From NCBI GenBank assembly GCA_964106645.2, contig OZ067044.1: a stretch of DNA of 64,000 nt; one strand, written 5' to 3'. Below the pieces are notes generated by a model. It worked only from the letters and a program-made list of their open reading frames with translations, was not told the DNA's origin and did not search any database. Position numbers and translations under genes: made by a program. This document shows, piece by piece, positions 25,018 to 36,016 of the stretch; position 1 is the first letter of the stretch, and the number at the start of each line of letters is the position of its first letter. This stretch comes from Podarcis pityusensis (taxonomy: Eukaryota).

Positions 25018-25881
25018 GTTGAATTAAGACAGCAGGCTTCTTCATTGGTCCTCTCAATGTACTGTCTCTAGAGCTGGCGTGCTTAAGTCATTCCAGTAAT
25101 GGACTCTTTAATGCCTGGGTTCAAGAGCAATTAGCACACCCAGCCATACTAAATGTGTATACCTTGGAAACCTGTGGGCAAAATCTGACCGTTTGCTTGA
25201 TAAATGATCCTACTAACCAGTGTTCCCTCTCACCTGTGGTCTCATGCAGTACAGGATGAGCAGCAAAAACTGAGGGGAATGTGTATGTGTGATAGCCTAT
25301 CACTTCTGGGCTATTAAAAAGCAGTGAGGGGGTGAGCCCGTGCATTCCCCCCACTATTCCTTTGAGGACAACTACAGCTAAGAGGATTGCACTGGCTTTG
25401 AGTGCTGCATTGGAGTAGGGTGGGTGGGTGGTGGAAGAGAGACACAACTTTCAAGAAATGCAGGGCTTACAAAAAAGAGGCTATAGAAGAACTTGACCCA
25501 CTATGCAAGCCCTTTTTCTATTACTATTTTAACATTAGTTTCTCAGTTGCTACCTGAGCCATCTTAAAGAGCCTGTATAATGTAAACTGGTTGCAAGAAA
25601 CACTTGGAAAACCCCAACAACTTCTATGGATTATAGCATAGCATTATAGCACCGTAAGAACCACTCCTACACACAAGCCCAGCATATCAGGGCCCCCAAT
25701 GGTACTATATATTTTGCTGAGGAAAACTATGACACAGAAAGGATTGTTAAGTGGTGGGAAATAACTCTTCTGTGTGGCATACAAACACAGATACACATTT
25801 CTGGGGAGGTACTGCAGCCAAATAGTGCTGCTTAAACTTTGTTGCAGAATAGACTCTATTCTCATTTGCTTTTTCTTTGAG

Positions 25882-26220
25882 ACACAGGAAGTTGCTTTAT
25901 ACCAAGTCAGACCTCTGCTTCATTTAGCTCAGCATTGTCTACACTGACTGTAGCTCTCCAGATTTCTAGAAGAGAAGGGTTCCCAGAATCATAGAATCAT
26001 AAAGGTTGGAAGGGACTCTTAGGATCCTCTAGTCCAACCCTCTGCAATACAGGAATATGCAGCTGTCCCTTATGGGGATCATGGCTGCAACTTTGGCATA
26101 ACCAACACCATACTCTGACCAACGGAGCTATCTAGCTGCCAACTAGATAGCAGGAGATGCCAGGGATTGAACCTGGAAACTCCTGCATACAAAGCCAGGT
26201 GCTGGGCTACTGCGCACAGG
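25882..26220 (-). mobile_element. tRNA-derived SINE interrupted by a second SINE with a CR1-type tail (25985-26140)
   Basis: Outer halves join into the family seen intact at 51813-51966. The insert has an (AGAATCAT)2 tail, CTAGTCCAACCC and a tRNA-like head. Confidence 0.7.
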
Positions 26221-27776
26221 ATCCTTTTCTAAATAAAGACCTCCCCATCTTTTCAGCACCACCACACCTTACTACATTTCTTTGTGTCACCCAGTGAAAT
26301 TGACGGACAGATTTAAGTGCAAGGGTTGACATTTCGATTTTTGGCAGATTGAAAATAATTATATTCTGGGTTTCATTAGCTATATGCTTATTGAAGAATA
26401 TACTGAATTTTCTGGGTTATCTGCTGTGCTGCTACATAGACCTGAGTTACATGCTGCCTATCATTCTGAACAGTGGAGCATATCAGGAGAGACCACCACC
26501 ACCTTTGACTGATTCTCCCACTTGTTCTGTAACTCAGTAGCAAGTTGGTTTTTCTTTGGCAGGTGCTTTTACCTCTCAGTCAACTACATTTGGGGGCTAA
26601 TGGAAGTTATTTCTAATATCCTTTTGAAGCCTCCTCTTAAGTGGTCACTGGTGTCATTGGGGCAGGCAGCCTGAGCCCCCTTCAGCAAAAATTGCAGGAG
26701 GGCCTCCAAATTCAAAAGGACTAGTTTTCCATATCTTGAAGTAAGTAGAGTAAACACATTGATATCTAACAGGGCATTGCTCCTGTTTTCAAAATTGATT
26801 CCAAACTGTTCCCAACTATGATTGCTCTGAAAGGAAACTTACCAGACACTGATCACTATGCACGGGAGGCACTTCAGGCTATAATATATCTATAGCCTCA
26901 TTCTTTGGCAATGCACAGTCATTTTGTTGACCTGCTTTCAGCTTTGTACTTATCCTAGGTTTCAAGCCAAATGGAAAGAACCAAAATGGCAAGTCCAAGT
27001 ATTACTAGTCTGGCAACTATTCTAAGTACCACCTGCACCAGAAAGCCAAGGCTACATCATCAAACCCCACTGGAAAGGAATGAAGCTCCCTACCTGATGA
27101 CAAGTCAATTTTAAAAATTCTGAGGAAAACTGCTACTTAACCCCAAGAGGTGGGACTAACCACACAAAGCAAAATTGGGGGTAAGGAGCAGAGAAACCAC
27201 TGCAGAACAAAACCGCAAAGACAAAGGTGGTGTCAGAGAGCAGCTTCAGATGACCCACTGAGCACTTTCAGCCTTTCGCTTTCTCCGTCAGTGGGAATGG
27301 AAAGTAAGCCACAGGAATGGCATTCACATCTATCACTGTCTAGATGGCATTCTGTAGCAGGTGTGTCTGAAAGTACAAATAACACCAAATAAGCTCACAC
27401 TAATGTTTTATTGCCAACTGGAAAAAAGACTTGGGTGCAGGTTATCTAGCATCTAGATTCAGTTTTTTACTTGACATTCTTACTTTCTGACAGAGTGATT
27501 AAAGTGGTTGTCCATCAATAGGAACTACTCAGCATGGTCAGAATTGAAACCTTGCACAACCTTTGGAGCTCAGTGGTCTCATATACTGAAAGGATGGTTT
27601 GGCCTGCAAAGTCAACCTTCTGGGTGCTAAACAGACTGTGCTTGAAAGGGGAACTGCTGTTTCTTGGGCAGGGGTTTTTTTTCTCCATTGGTGAAGGATG
27701 TGAATAATGGGAAGATCCCCTTTGTGGTCTCCACCAGGAGCTGATCTTAGTTCTGCATATGCAATGCACTTTTATC

Positions 27777-27827
27777 CATGCATGCATGCATGCGCGTGCA
27801 TATATATATATATATCTATATATATAT
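27777..27827. repeat. (CATG)n/(TA)n simple repeat
   Basis: Direct reading. Confidence 0.85.
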
Positions 27828-27874
27828 CGCCTTCCCACTTTGTCCAGTGGGGCTTACTCCTTTGTAAACCACTT

Positions 27875-28020
27875 CCCATGAAACACTGGTAATTGTAGCT
27901 CTGAGATGAATAGGAATCCCCCTTAAAATTCAGCCCCATTAAATTACAGTTCCCAGGATTCTTTGAGGAAAGCCATGCTAGTTTAAAGTGCTGTGTTGCT
28001 GCTTTAAATGTATAGTGCCT
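27875..28020. mobile_element. Decayed palindromic MITE
   Basis: ACAGTTCCCAGGATTCTTTG..AAGCCATG..GTTTAAAGTG..TGCTTTAAATGTATAGTG arm with partial self-complementarity. Confidence 0.5.
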
Positions 28021-28142
28021 AAGGAAATCAAAGTAAAGAAGGGCGCATCTTCCTCCCAGGCTTTGTTGTCGGGGAAAACATTGCCAATTATCAAGAACTA
28101 ACGGAGGAGGCCACGTCCATCCTAAAGACATGCAGCTGCAAA

Positions 28143-28160
28143 TAGCTCCCTCTAGTGTCA
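28143..28160 (-). promoter_or_regulatory. Candidate CTCF site
   Basis: Minus strand reads TGACACTAGAGGGAGCTA, close to the CTCF core CCACYAGRGGGCGC. Confidence 0.5.
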
Positions 28161-28229
28161 GTGGAATATATTTGCACGCAAGGCAATATTTCAGACAAAG
28201 TTAAGTCAACCGTCTCCTGACTATAAGAA

Positions 28230-29510
28230 ACAACTATCGCTGCTGAGGCACCCTAAGAGCGTTGCAGCAGCACCAGGTACCGCCTTGACCACAGTTCTTG
28301 TCCTATTAAACATTTCGCACTTACCTGAAGACCCGAGGGATCCGATACTGATTCTGGCATGATGAGTAAAGCACGTATGTGGGGGAAGAATCTGCCCCCA
28401 GCGCATCCTTGGGCGAACCTGGGTTGCAGCCTGCCGCCAGCTCACGACCAACATCCACTTCTGGACTATCTTTGCACTCTGTTCCACCTTGCTTTGGGCA
28501 GCAAGTCCCTTTTCCTTTGTTTCCCCTTCTTTCTGTCCCTTTCACTCTCCCTCGATAACTTTGTTGAGATCTGCCGGAGAGATAGCTTTGGAGAGGGCTG
28601 CATGAAGAAACCGAACAGGCGTCGCGGCGAAGAAAAAACTAGGAGACCAGAATTTTCGCAGCTCCGGAAGTTCAGCAGGGAATGTGGGAGCGCAGGCAAG
28701 CTGTGCGCCTTCGCTTGCTCCCCTGCGTTTCTCTTTGCCGCTGGAGCCCTGGCTGCATCCTGCACGGGGGTCCTTTTTCCAGAGCGAAACCCAAAGCGCC
28801 AGTCTCTTTTCTCTGCCGAATTGCAAGCTACTAGCAGGCATACACAGCCGGGCACACGCAGCCGACGCTTACACCCCTTCCGTTGATCTCTTTGAAACCA
28901 AAGTCAGATTGGCTATAGGACTCTGGTAGCCCTTGCCCATTCCTTGACCGCAGTGCAGACTTTAAAGCACGTTTAAAGGGTTGCTGCCCTTTCAGGGTCG
29001 TATAAATCGTTGCGGTGAGTTGGAAGCGATGCTCCGCCTCCGCGGATGCTGGCTGGCTTTCTTTCTTTCTTCTCTCCGGTTTGTCTTATCCCGGAGACCA
29101 AGCCTTCCTTAAAAGATCTTACATAGAAGATCCCCTGAACGGAGGAGCTGTGCTCTTCGCTTCCTCCTCCCCACTTAAAAAAAAAAGTTGTATTTATTAT
29201 ATTGCACGTCGAAGGTGCGAAGCGCAATGCTTGGAGCAGGGTGGCCAGCTGCAAAAGAGGACCAGGCACCCGCACTTTTGAGAATTGCGTAGAATAAGAG
29301 GGAGGCTTCCGTGGAGACAGCTTGGTGCGCGAGCTGCTCCTGCAGAAATTAATCTAAGTTGACGATTCTGCAGGAGTCCTGGCAGCGCTAGCTGGATGTC
29401 CCTTGGACATTCATTGGGGCCCTGCCTTTCCTTCAGTTTCTCCCCCCCCCCCTCCGTTTGTAATAATGTTATCACAGGTGAACGTGTCGCTACGATATAG
29501 CCTACCGGCA
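28230..29510. promoter_or_regulatory. Distal CpG-rich island, candidate promoter or enhancer
   Basis: Dense CpG, CCAAT box (ATTGG 28908-28912), TATAAAT 29001, consensus splice donors on both strands. Confidence 0.55.
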
Positions 29511-32500
29511 AGAGAATAATTCATTGTTGATAGCAAGCATTGTGCATGTGTGTTGTTTTTTTAAAATTAAATTCATTCTAGCTATTAAAATGCATGTAAT
29601 TGGCTCCCTCCAAGTAAGCGTACATGGAAACGGGCGGTGCATAGTATACCATGGATAGTAATAAATATTTCAGCGACTTGGTAGTGTACAGAAATCTCTT
29701 CTCCACAGAGAGATCTCCAGGATACATTAAAAAAAAATTATTCAAACAACTACATTTCCAAAAGCAGAGCAGCCTGATCAAAGTTTTTGACTGCATGATT
29801 TGGGAGTACTATGAAAAGAAGTTGAATAGGGGATCTAAACAGTTCTTAAAAGGACGGGTTTCAACAGAAAAACAACATTTAAAAAATCTCAGTGCATCTC
29901 ATGGGGTGCTGCTCTAAAGGGCAGTGGGAAAATGGGGGTAAGAAATTGACATTGGCTTTCAAAACACCCAAAGTTTATAACAAACATTTCGGGGGTGCCA
30001 CTAATAGCTCTTTGGAAACTCTTTCCCGCTGTTGGTGTGCCCTTGTGAAAGTAACGTAGGCCGGGTTGTAGCTGACATCATACTCAGAGTAAACCTACTG
30101 GATTCAATGGATTTTAGTCCACATTTATTTCTACTCTTAATATGACCTAAATACAACTCCTTAGTCTTTAAATGCTCTTGTATCACATCTTTGTTTGATT
30201 GATGGCAATGCGAGGGGGGGGGGGCCGTTGATTTTTTGATGCCAACCTTCCTGCGTCTTTGTCTCATTGTGAAAAAGTGGCTGGCCTCCCTAGTCCAAAG
30301 TTTCTGAGCCGCATTTTGAGACTTTCACACGCCATTGCTCACAGCTGCCGCCCTAACACATTTGTATGTGTAGAAGAGTTTCTGTTCTTAACGGGCAACG
30401 CTCCCTAACGTGATTTCTCCTAATTTTTCCATGACTGTGAACACACCCAAAGCTGATGGGCATTGCCATTAAAATGATGCACGTGCGCCACATCTTGTGA
30501 TCAGTTATGTGTGGTGCGGCTTATCTGCACCCCGCCCCAATGTTTTATTAAAGTTGACACCCCGGGGGGTGAAAATTACAATGCAAAATAAAACCTTTTC
30601 GCTTTATCTCCCTTGTCCCTTATTTTCATTCAAGTTATAACCGACATCAGTTACATTATCAAAAGTTCCCTTACCTTTGCAAGTTTCACCAGAGGGCTAC
30701 GAAATTTGGAGGCTGTTGGTGTTTTTTATTAAATTGATAGGGCTTCCTGTCGCTCTGTCATTTTCGGTTGAAACCAGAGATGAGCCAAGATGAAATGGAC
30801 AAAGACTTCCTGGACCCTTTAAGGAACAATAGGGAAAACGTAGGCTGTAAATGGTCGCAAAGCACATTAAAAGTCGGGGAATTCTCTTGACAGTTCGTAA
30901 AACGCTTAAAAATGCGCGCGTGTTCTTTCTCTTTAAGAAAAAAGCCCCCAATATTTTATTCTGGGCAAACTGATCTATGATTCCAGCCTACCCTCCAGTT
31001 ATATAATTCTGAAAGGGAGGGATGTAAATTGGGGGGGGGGGTGTTCCTATTACCTCAACCTGATTCACACGTGAGTGCTTGTGCTACCGGGAGGAAGGCT
31101 AAGGAAAATGGGGAGGAACACAATTAACAGTTGTGTTAATTTCAGCAGGTGTAGTAGGTCACGTGGCAAACTATCTCTAATAAAATCCCGTCTTCTTCAG
31201 CTCCGCCTCCTTTCTTCCATCTGGCTACACTAGCAGCTGCTGGTAGGTATCTGTGCGTTTTCTCAAACTCAAATGTTCGTAGGGAGAAAAGGGAGAAAAC
31301 AAGAAGCGCTTCCACGGCCACCTTCCTTTGGAGAATCTCTCGGCAGCTCCTCCTATTCAGTAAACCCCCTTTTGCAACATTAAAAGTAGATCAGACAAGT
31401 TGGAGGCGGGTGCGGGGGAATTAAGGGGGACAGAACGCGCTTGGGACTTACAGTCAAGTAGTTATCTCTTCCTCTGTTCCAAATATGTATTATTATTTTT
31501 ATTTATTTTGGCCGCCGTCTTTATTCCCAGGCAATGCCTTTGTCCTTCGCCTCCCCTTTGGGAGGTTCTACTCTTAGGAAACAATGTTTGCCCAGAAAAC
31601 GCCTCATGCGGCACAATCTTATACAAAACTGCTCAATAAGGGGCCCCACCGTGTTTAATTGGTTTATTCCCAGGAATATGTTCGCAGAGGATCCACTGGG
31701 AAGTGTGCTGGGCGAAACTGGATGCGATCATGTCGCACGGTTTCTTGCATTTCCCAATAAGATTACCGTATTAGTTTATTTTATGGGGGGGGGGGGGATA
31801 TGCATAATCCTGAGGCACTTTGAAGGCTATCAGATTTATTCCGGCATAAGATATCGTGGACCATTCAGATGCATGAAATGTTTTCCTGTGTTGAAAGTAT
31901 AATATGCTTCCATATGCTGTTGCGGGGAGGGGGTGTAAACGGTGAAGTCAGAAGGATACTATGCGGAAAGTACGAACGAGCAAGTGACAGTCGCACAAGT
32001 AACATATCTCCTGACATGTCACATAAACGGAATGCGGCACACTGTACTGTAATTTACAGCTGGTTGATCGTTCTTTACCATCGCTGACGCGATTCCCGCT
32101 TCTCCCATCAGCCTCCAGATAAGGCTTATTAAGCTGTGATTCCGAATTTCAGGATCGCCCCTCCCCCAACTAATGCCAAAGTTTTGTGCTGCGAACCCCG
32201 CGTTTTGTGCGACTCCCCAAACCGAGTAATTGACAAAACAAATCGGAGTCACAAGTTAATGTCAAAAATCCATCCTTGTCCCATTGACTCCAAACCAGTG
32301 CCAAAGTTTGGTGCCATTTTGTGCCGCAACGACCCCGCTTTCCCAGCCCCCCCCCAGCTATTGATGAGTGGTCCTTGGCTGAGAGAATAGGTTGGGTAGA
32401 ATTGGATGCTAAGGAACTCCTCATCTTTGAGCGATCTCGGAGGAACGCTCCTTTTCCTTTGGTTTATTTTAACCTTCCCTGGTGAAGGTAGGACTATGGA

Positions 32501-33027
32501 TGTTTTCACAGTACTGTAATGTTGACAAGACCTCATTTTTTATTTCTCTTTTTGAGCACTTCATGTAGTAAACGCTGTTAAGGTAGGGAGAGCGGAAGAG
32601 AGTTGGAAACAAAACTGACCGCCAGTGCCGATTGCATCTTGAGCAGTCATTGCTGAGATGTGATGCGGAGCAATCCTCCCCTCTAAGCAAGCCGGTCTTT
32701 GACCAATAGCTGGTGCCGTCTAAGGAGGCGGGCGAAGGTGGTGGTCGGAGAGAGACTTGCATCTCTCCGCCCGCCTCCTCTCGGCAAGCATCCTTGGAGC
32801 ACCATCTGCCCGCAAGGCACACGTGGGTCTTCCTTAAGAGGCCGCTTCTGGTAGGCGCAGCGTCGAGGGGCGGCCAGAAGAACCGTCGGGGCCCTGCGAG
32901 GAGCGCAGAGCAAGTTGAGCAACTCCGGAGTGAGTAGCAGCTGCGGGCAGCAAACTTCCCTTCCTTGCCTGGCTGCCTTCCATCCCGGGAGCCTCTGACG
33001 TTGCCGGGGAGCGGGAGCGTCCAACAC

Positions 33028-33118
33028 CATAGCTGTCAACGTTTCTCCCTTTTTTAAGGGAAATTCCCTTATTCCGAATAGGATTCCTCGCAACAAAAGG
33101 GAAAAGTTGACAGCTATG
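33028..33118. mobile_element. 91-bp hAT-like mini-MITE
   Basis: Perfect 13-bp TIRs CATAGCTGTCAAC/GTTGACAGCTATG; imperfect TSD (T)CCAACAC/CCAAACAC. Confidence 0.85.
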
Positions 33119-34031
33119 CCAAACACCTGCTAGTGTAGATGCCTCCCAAAGAAAACCGGAGTGACTCCAGTTCTAGAGCGGGCGCCAGATCACTTTTGCC
33201 AGCAGAATTACCAGGAGAGAAAGGGATGCTGCTTTCTGCAGGTGTTTGGGAAGAGTATTTCGACTTTAGCTGCGGCGCTAGGACTGATCCTTAGTCCAAG
33301 GCGTCTCGCCTGCCTCCCACTCGAGCCCGCCGGCCAGCCGGGGCAGATCTGCCCTGCGAGGGCCCGCCTCTGCCCTCGGGAGGTGCCCGTTGCTTAAGCG
33401 GAGGGGAACTCTCCGAAGTAGGAAGCGCTCGGCCCCCTCTGTCCCTTGCCAGCGATGGAGAGCCAGATCTGACTGGTAGGACTGGTTCTGGTGCCCTCAC
33501 TCCGGAAGAGGAGGTGGCTGGCCTGGCCACGCGAGCCTCCCCGAGGCGACACTGGTCCTGGGTCTCTAGGGCAAGAAAGCAGGGAGGTTCTGGGACGACA
33601 GCAAGCCCTGCTACCGCAGCGGGCCAGATCCCAGACGTGGACCACAAGTCCCTGTCAAGATCTGGCTGATGGTTAAGTAGGGAGCATCAAGGAGTCTTTA
33701 ACCCACCGCTGGTCCCTGGAGTCATTTTTATTTCATAGGCAGAGATAACTTTCCCCGCATGGATTCTGAATAGCATCCCTCGCTTTTTAGTGTCTCTGTT
33801 TGGCTTATTCATTCCCAGAAGGGCGCCCCTGCCGCGGAGCTCAATGGGACTTATCTCCCAGAGAAGAAAGGGTTTTCAGGATCGCAGCGCAGGAGGGCCT
33901 CCTCTGTGCGCCATCCGACGTCTTTCAGGAGGTTGGGCGGCTGCATCTCTTTTGGGTCCGCTGCAGAAGGGGGCATTTCAGCTGGTCCTGGCCAGCCATG
34001 GAAGGTGCAGGAGGAGCCCCCGAGTGGGGAG

Positions 34032-34081
34032 CATAGCTGTCAACGTTTCCCTTTTCTTGCGAGGAATCCTTGACAGCTATG
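34032..34081. mobile_element. 50-bp internally deleted copy of the same mini-MITE, opposite orientation
   Basis: TIRs CATAGCTGTCAA/TTGACAGCTATG; perfect 8-bp TSD GTGGGGAG at 34024-34031 and 34082-34089. Confidence 0.9.
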
Positions 34082-34849
34082 GTGGGGAGCGCCGCCTCTG
34101 CGAGAGCTGCTTGCGGAGGTGCTCCTCGAGGTTTGGCGGAAAGGGAGCACCGTCAGGGCGACGAGACCCGCGGGAGCAGCACCACGAAGCGCCGCTTCCC
34201 TGGACCAGAGCTTTCCCAAAGTCACAGATCCCTTCCAGTGCAGTCCCTAGGAGTGTTTGCTCACGAGTAGCTCCATCCGAGTTCAAAGGAGCTTATCCTT
34301 CCAAGATGCGTTTACAGCCTCATCTTAGGCAGCTTTATCCAGAAATAAACCTAAAAAATGAACGCTGACAGGCGTTTCCTCCCCTTACTTATTCTACCCC
34401 ATGAAAAGCAGCATGGGGAGATTTTTTATACATCCCCTCCCCCCAGTGATTTATTTTGAATGTTTCCGGCTCCCAAGCACTGTAAATGGTGAAGGGCTGG
34501 AATTTAGGAAAGGAGTTTAAAACCACCCTGCAGATGGCAATCATTAAGAGGACGGTGTGGCGGGTCTGTTTTTGTGGATGATGAAAGGTGTCCCGGGATG
34601 GATTTCAAGCCCGTTTTTCGCACGAAGGTTAATATTGCTCTCTGGTCCCCTCGGAAGAAAGTCTCCCTAATCCATGGGGATGGGGCTCCCCCCCAAGCAC
34701 CCCACATTCTCATGTAGAATCGGTAGGTTCACGAATCCACTTGGACACCTGAGGAAAGATTCAAGCTGCGAGCAAAGAGAGTGACAGTCCAGAAGAAGCC
34801 CGCCAAAAAAGGAAGCTCGAGGGGAGATGGCGGGAAGAAGGTCGCGACC

Positions 34850-34940
34850 CCGATACAAGCTGACCTGGGAGTAAGGGCCATTGAACTCGGCGAGGCTTAC
34901 TTCTAAGCAGACTTTTTGAGAAGCCATGCTTAGGATTAAG
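34850..34940. mobile_element. Short palindromic MITE family copy (GCAATCCTA..AGTAAG.CCCATTGA..CTTACT..TAGGATTGC); other copies near 9085, 19305, 37325, 39820, 41246, 60650, 63226
   Basis: Recurrent 80-90-bp imperfect palindrome seen at least eight times in the window. Confidence 0.6.
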
Positions 34941-35084
34941 ATATAGTCGTTTATCTGTATTCTGTCGATAACTGGCGCTCCCTTCCTCGGTGCAGGAAGC
35001 GTTCCTGGACTTGTCACAGCTGGGGCTCCTGTTGTTTCGTGTCCATTTGCCTCGCATTAGCCCCTCGTGTTCGCTTTGGGTGTT

Positions 35085-35275
35085 CCCGCCACACCCCACA
35101 GATGAAGACCCTCCGGGAGAGTCCTCGGTGGGTGGGAACTTATGAAAGGGTCTCGGGACAATAGGGCGGAGAGCGTTTCCCTGACGGGGAAGTGATCCGG
35201 TGGCCTTATATAAGCCTCCGGGGACGGAAAGTGACAGTAGCTGAGGTAACCTCAGCTCCACTGCGCCTGAGGAAA
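35085..35275 (+). promoter_or_regulatory. PRDM14: PRDM14 proximal promoter
   Basis: CCACACCC 35089-35096, GGGCGG 35164-35169, TGACG 35182, GGAAGTG 35188-35194 and TATATAA 35207-35213, all within a CpG island just upstream of the first ATGs. Confidence 0.65.
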
Positions 35276-35313
35276 AGTTGCCCTTCCTCCGTTCCCTCAG
35301 CTCTCTGGCCACA

Positions 35314-35358
35314 ATGCACCCCATGACGAGTCTCCATGAGCACCTTTTCCTCCAGCAG
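35314..35358 (+). CDS. PRDM14: PRDM14 putative exon 1 coding part (MHPMTSLHEHLFLQQ); may instead be 5'UTR
   Basis: ccACAATG about 100 nt downstream of a TATA box, CAG|gtagcc donor, in frame with the next exon. Confidence 0.45.
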
Positions 35359-35430
35359 GTAGCCCCCTCCCCCTCCCTGCCCTCCCCGAGGCGCGCGCTG
35401 CCTCTCACACCTTATTATTTCTCCCCACAG

Positions 35431-36016
35431 GTTCCCGCGCTTTCCGCCGCGCCGCGCTCCTCAATGGCCTCCTCCTCCTCCTCCTTCTCCGCCGAGCCTA
35501 GCCGAGGCGAAGGCAGCAACGAGTCTTTGCTGATGCTCCTGAGGGGCTGCCAGCCCGGGCCCGGCGTCGCCTCCCCCTTCGGCCCGGTCCTGCCAGCGCC
35601 GCGCTTCCTCGAGGCGCAGCCTTCCGCCTGCCCCTTCCAGGCGCCCCTGGGAGCAGGACTGAGTCCCGGTTCGCCTCGCCTGGCGCCCTTCCCCTTCTCG
35701 CGCCTGCCCGCCGCCGCCTTCCTGCCTCCTCAGCTGCTGCCGCCGCCGCCGCCCGGTCCTCCTCTGCCCAGGCCCCAGCCGCTGCCGGTGGTCTTCCCCT
35801 CGCCCTTGGCTCGGAAGGGCGAGTCGCCTCGCCGGCGCGTCTCCGAGGGAGCGTCGCCCAAGAAGAAGAGCCCCGACGGAGCTCCGGACGCCGAGCAGCG
35901 CGCGCCCACCTACCGCTTCACCGCCCAGGAGCTGCACGCCGTCCTCTACGGGGCCGGGCCGGGAGGGAGGCAGCAGGGCGCCATGGCGGGAGCCGGGCAC
36001 CCTCCTCGCAGCCCGG
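35431..36016 (+). CDS. PRDM14: PRDM14 exon with Pro-rich N-terminus and pre-SET motif YRFTAQELHAVLYG; internal ATG at 35464
   Basis: ctccccacAG acceptor, G|gtaagg donor; the motif matches recalled PRDM14 FQFTEEDLHFVLYG. Confidence 0.88.

Noticed and set aside
24180-25057. ORFs with long X runs
   Set aside because: Artefacts of the N gaps
28264-28285. REST/RE1 site (CAGCACCAGGTACCGC)
   Set aside because: The right half deviates from the essential GGACAG
28359-34368. Multiple 100-190-aa ORFs in the CpG-rich region (e.g. 28359-28886, 33790-34368)
   Set aside because: No recognisable domains, non-ATG starts, GC-driven; one runs through a MITE
35246-35300. 55-nt GT-AG mini-intron in the PRDM14 5' leader
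   Set aside because: Shorter than typical vertebrate introns and only a few nt from the predicted TSS; the AG may instead serve an upstream exon
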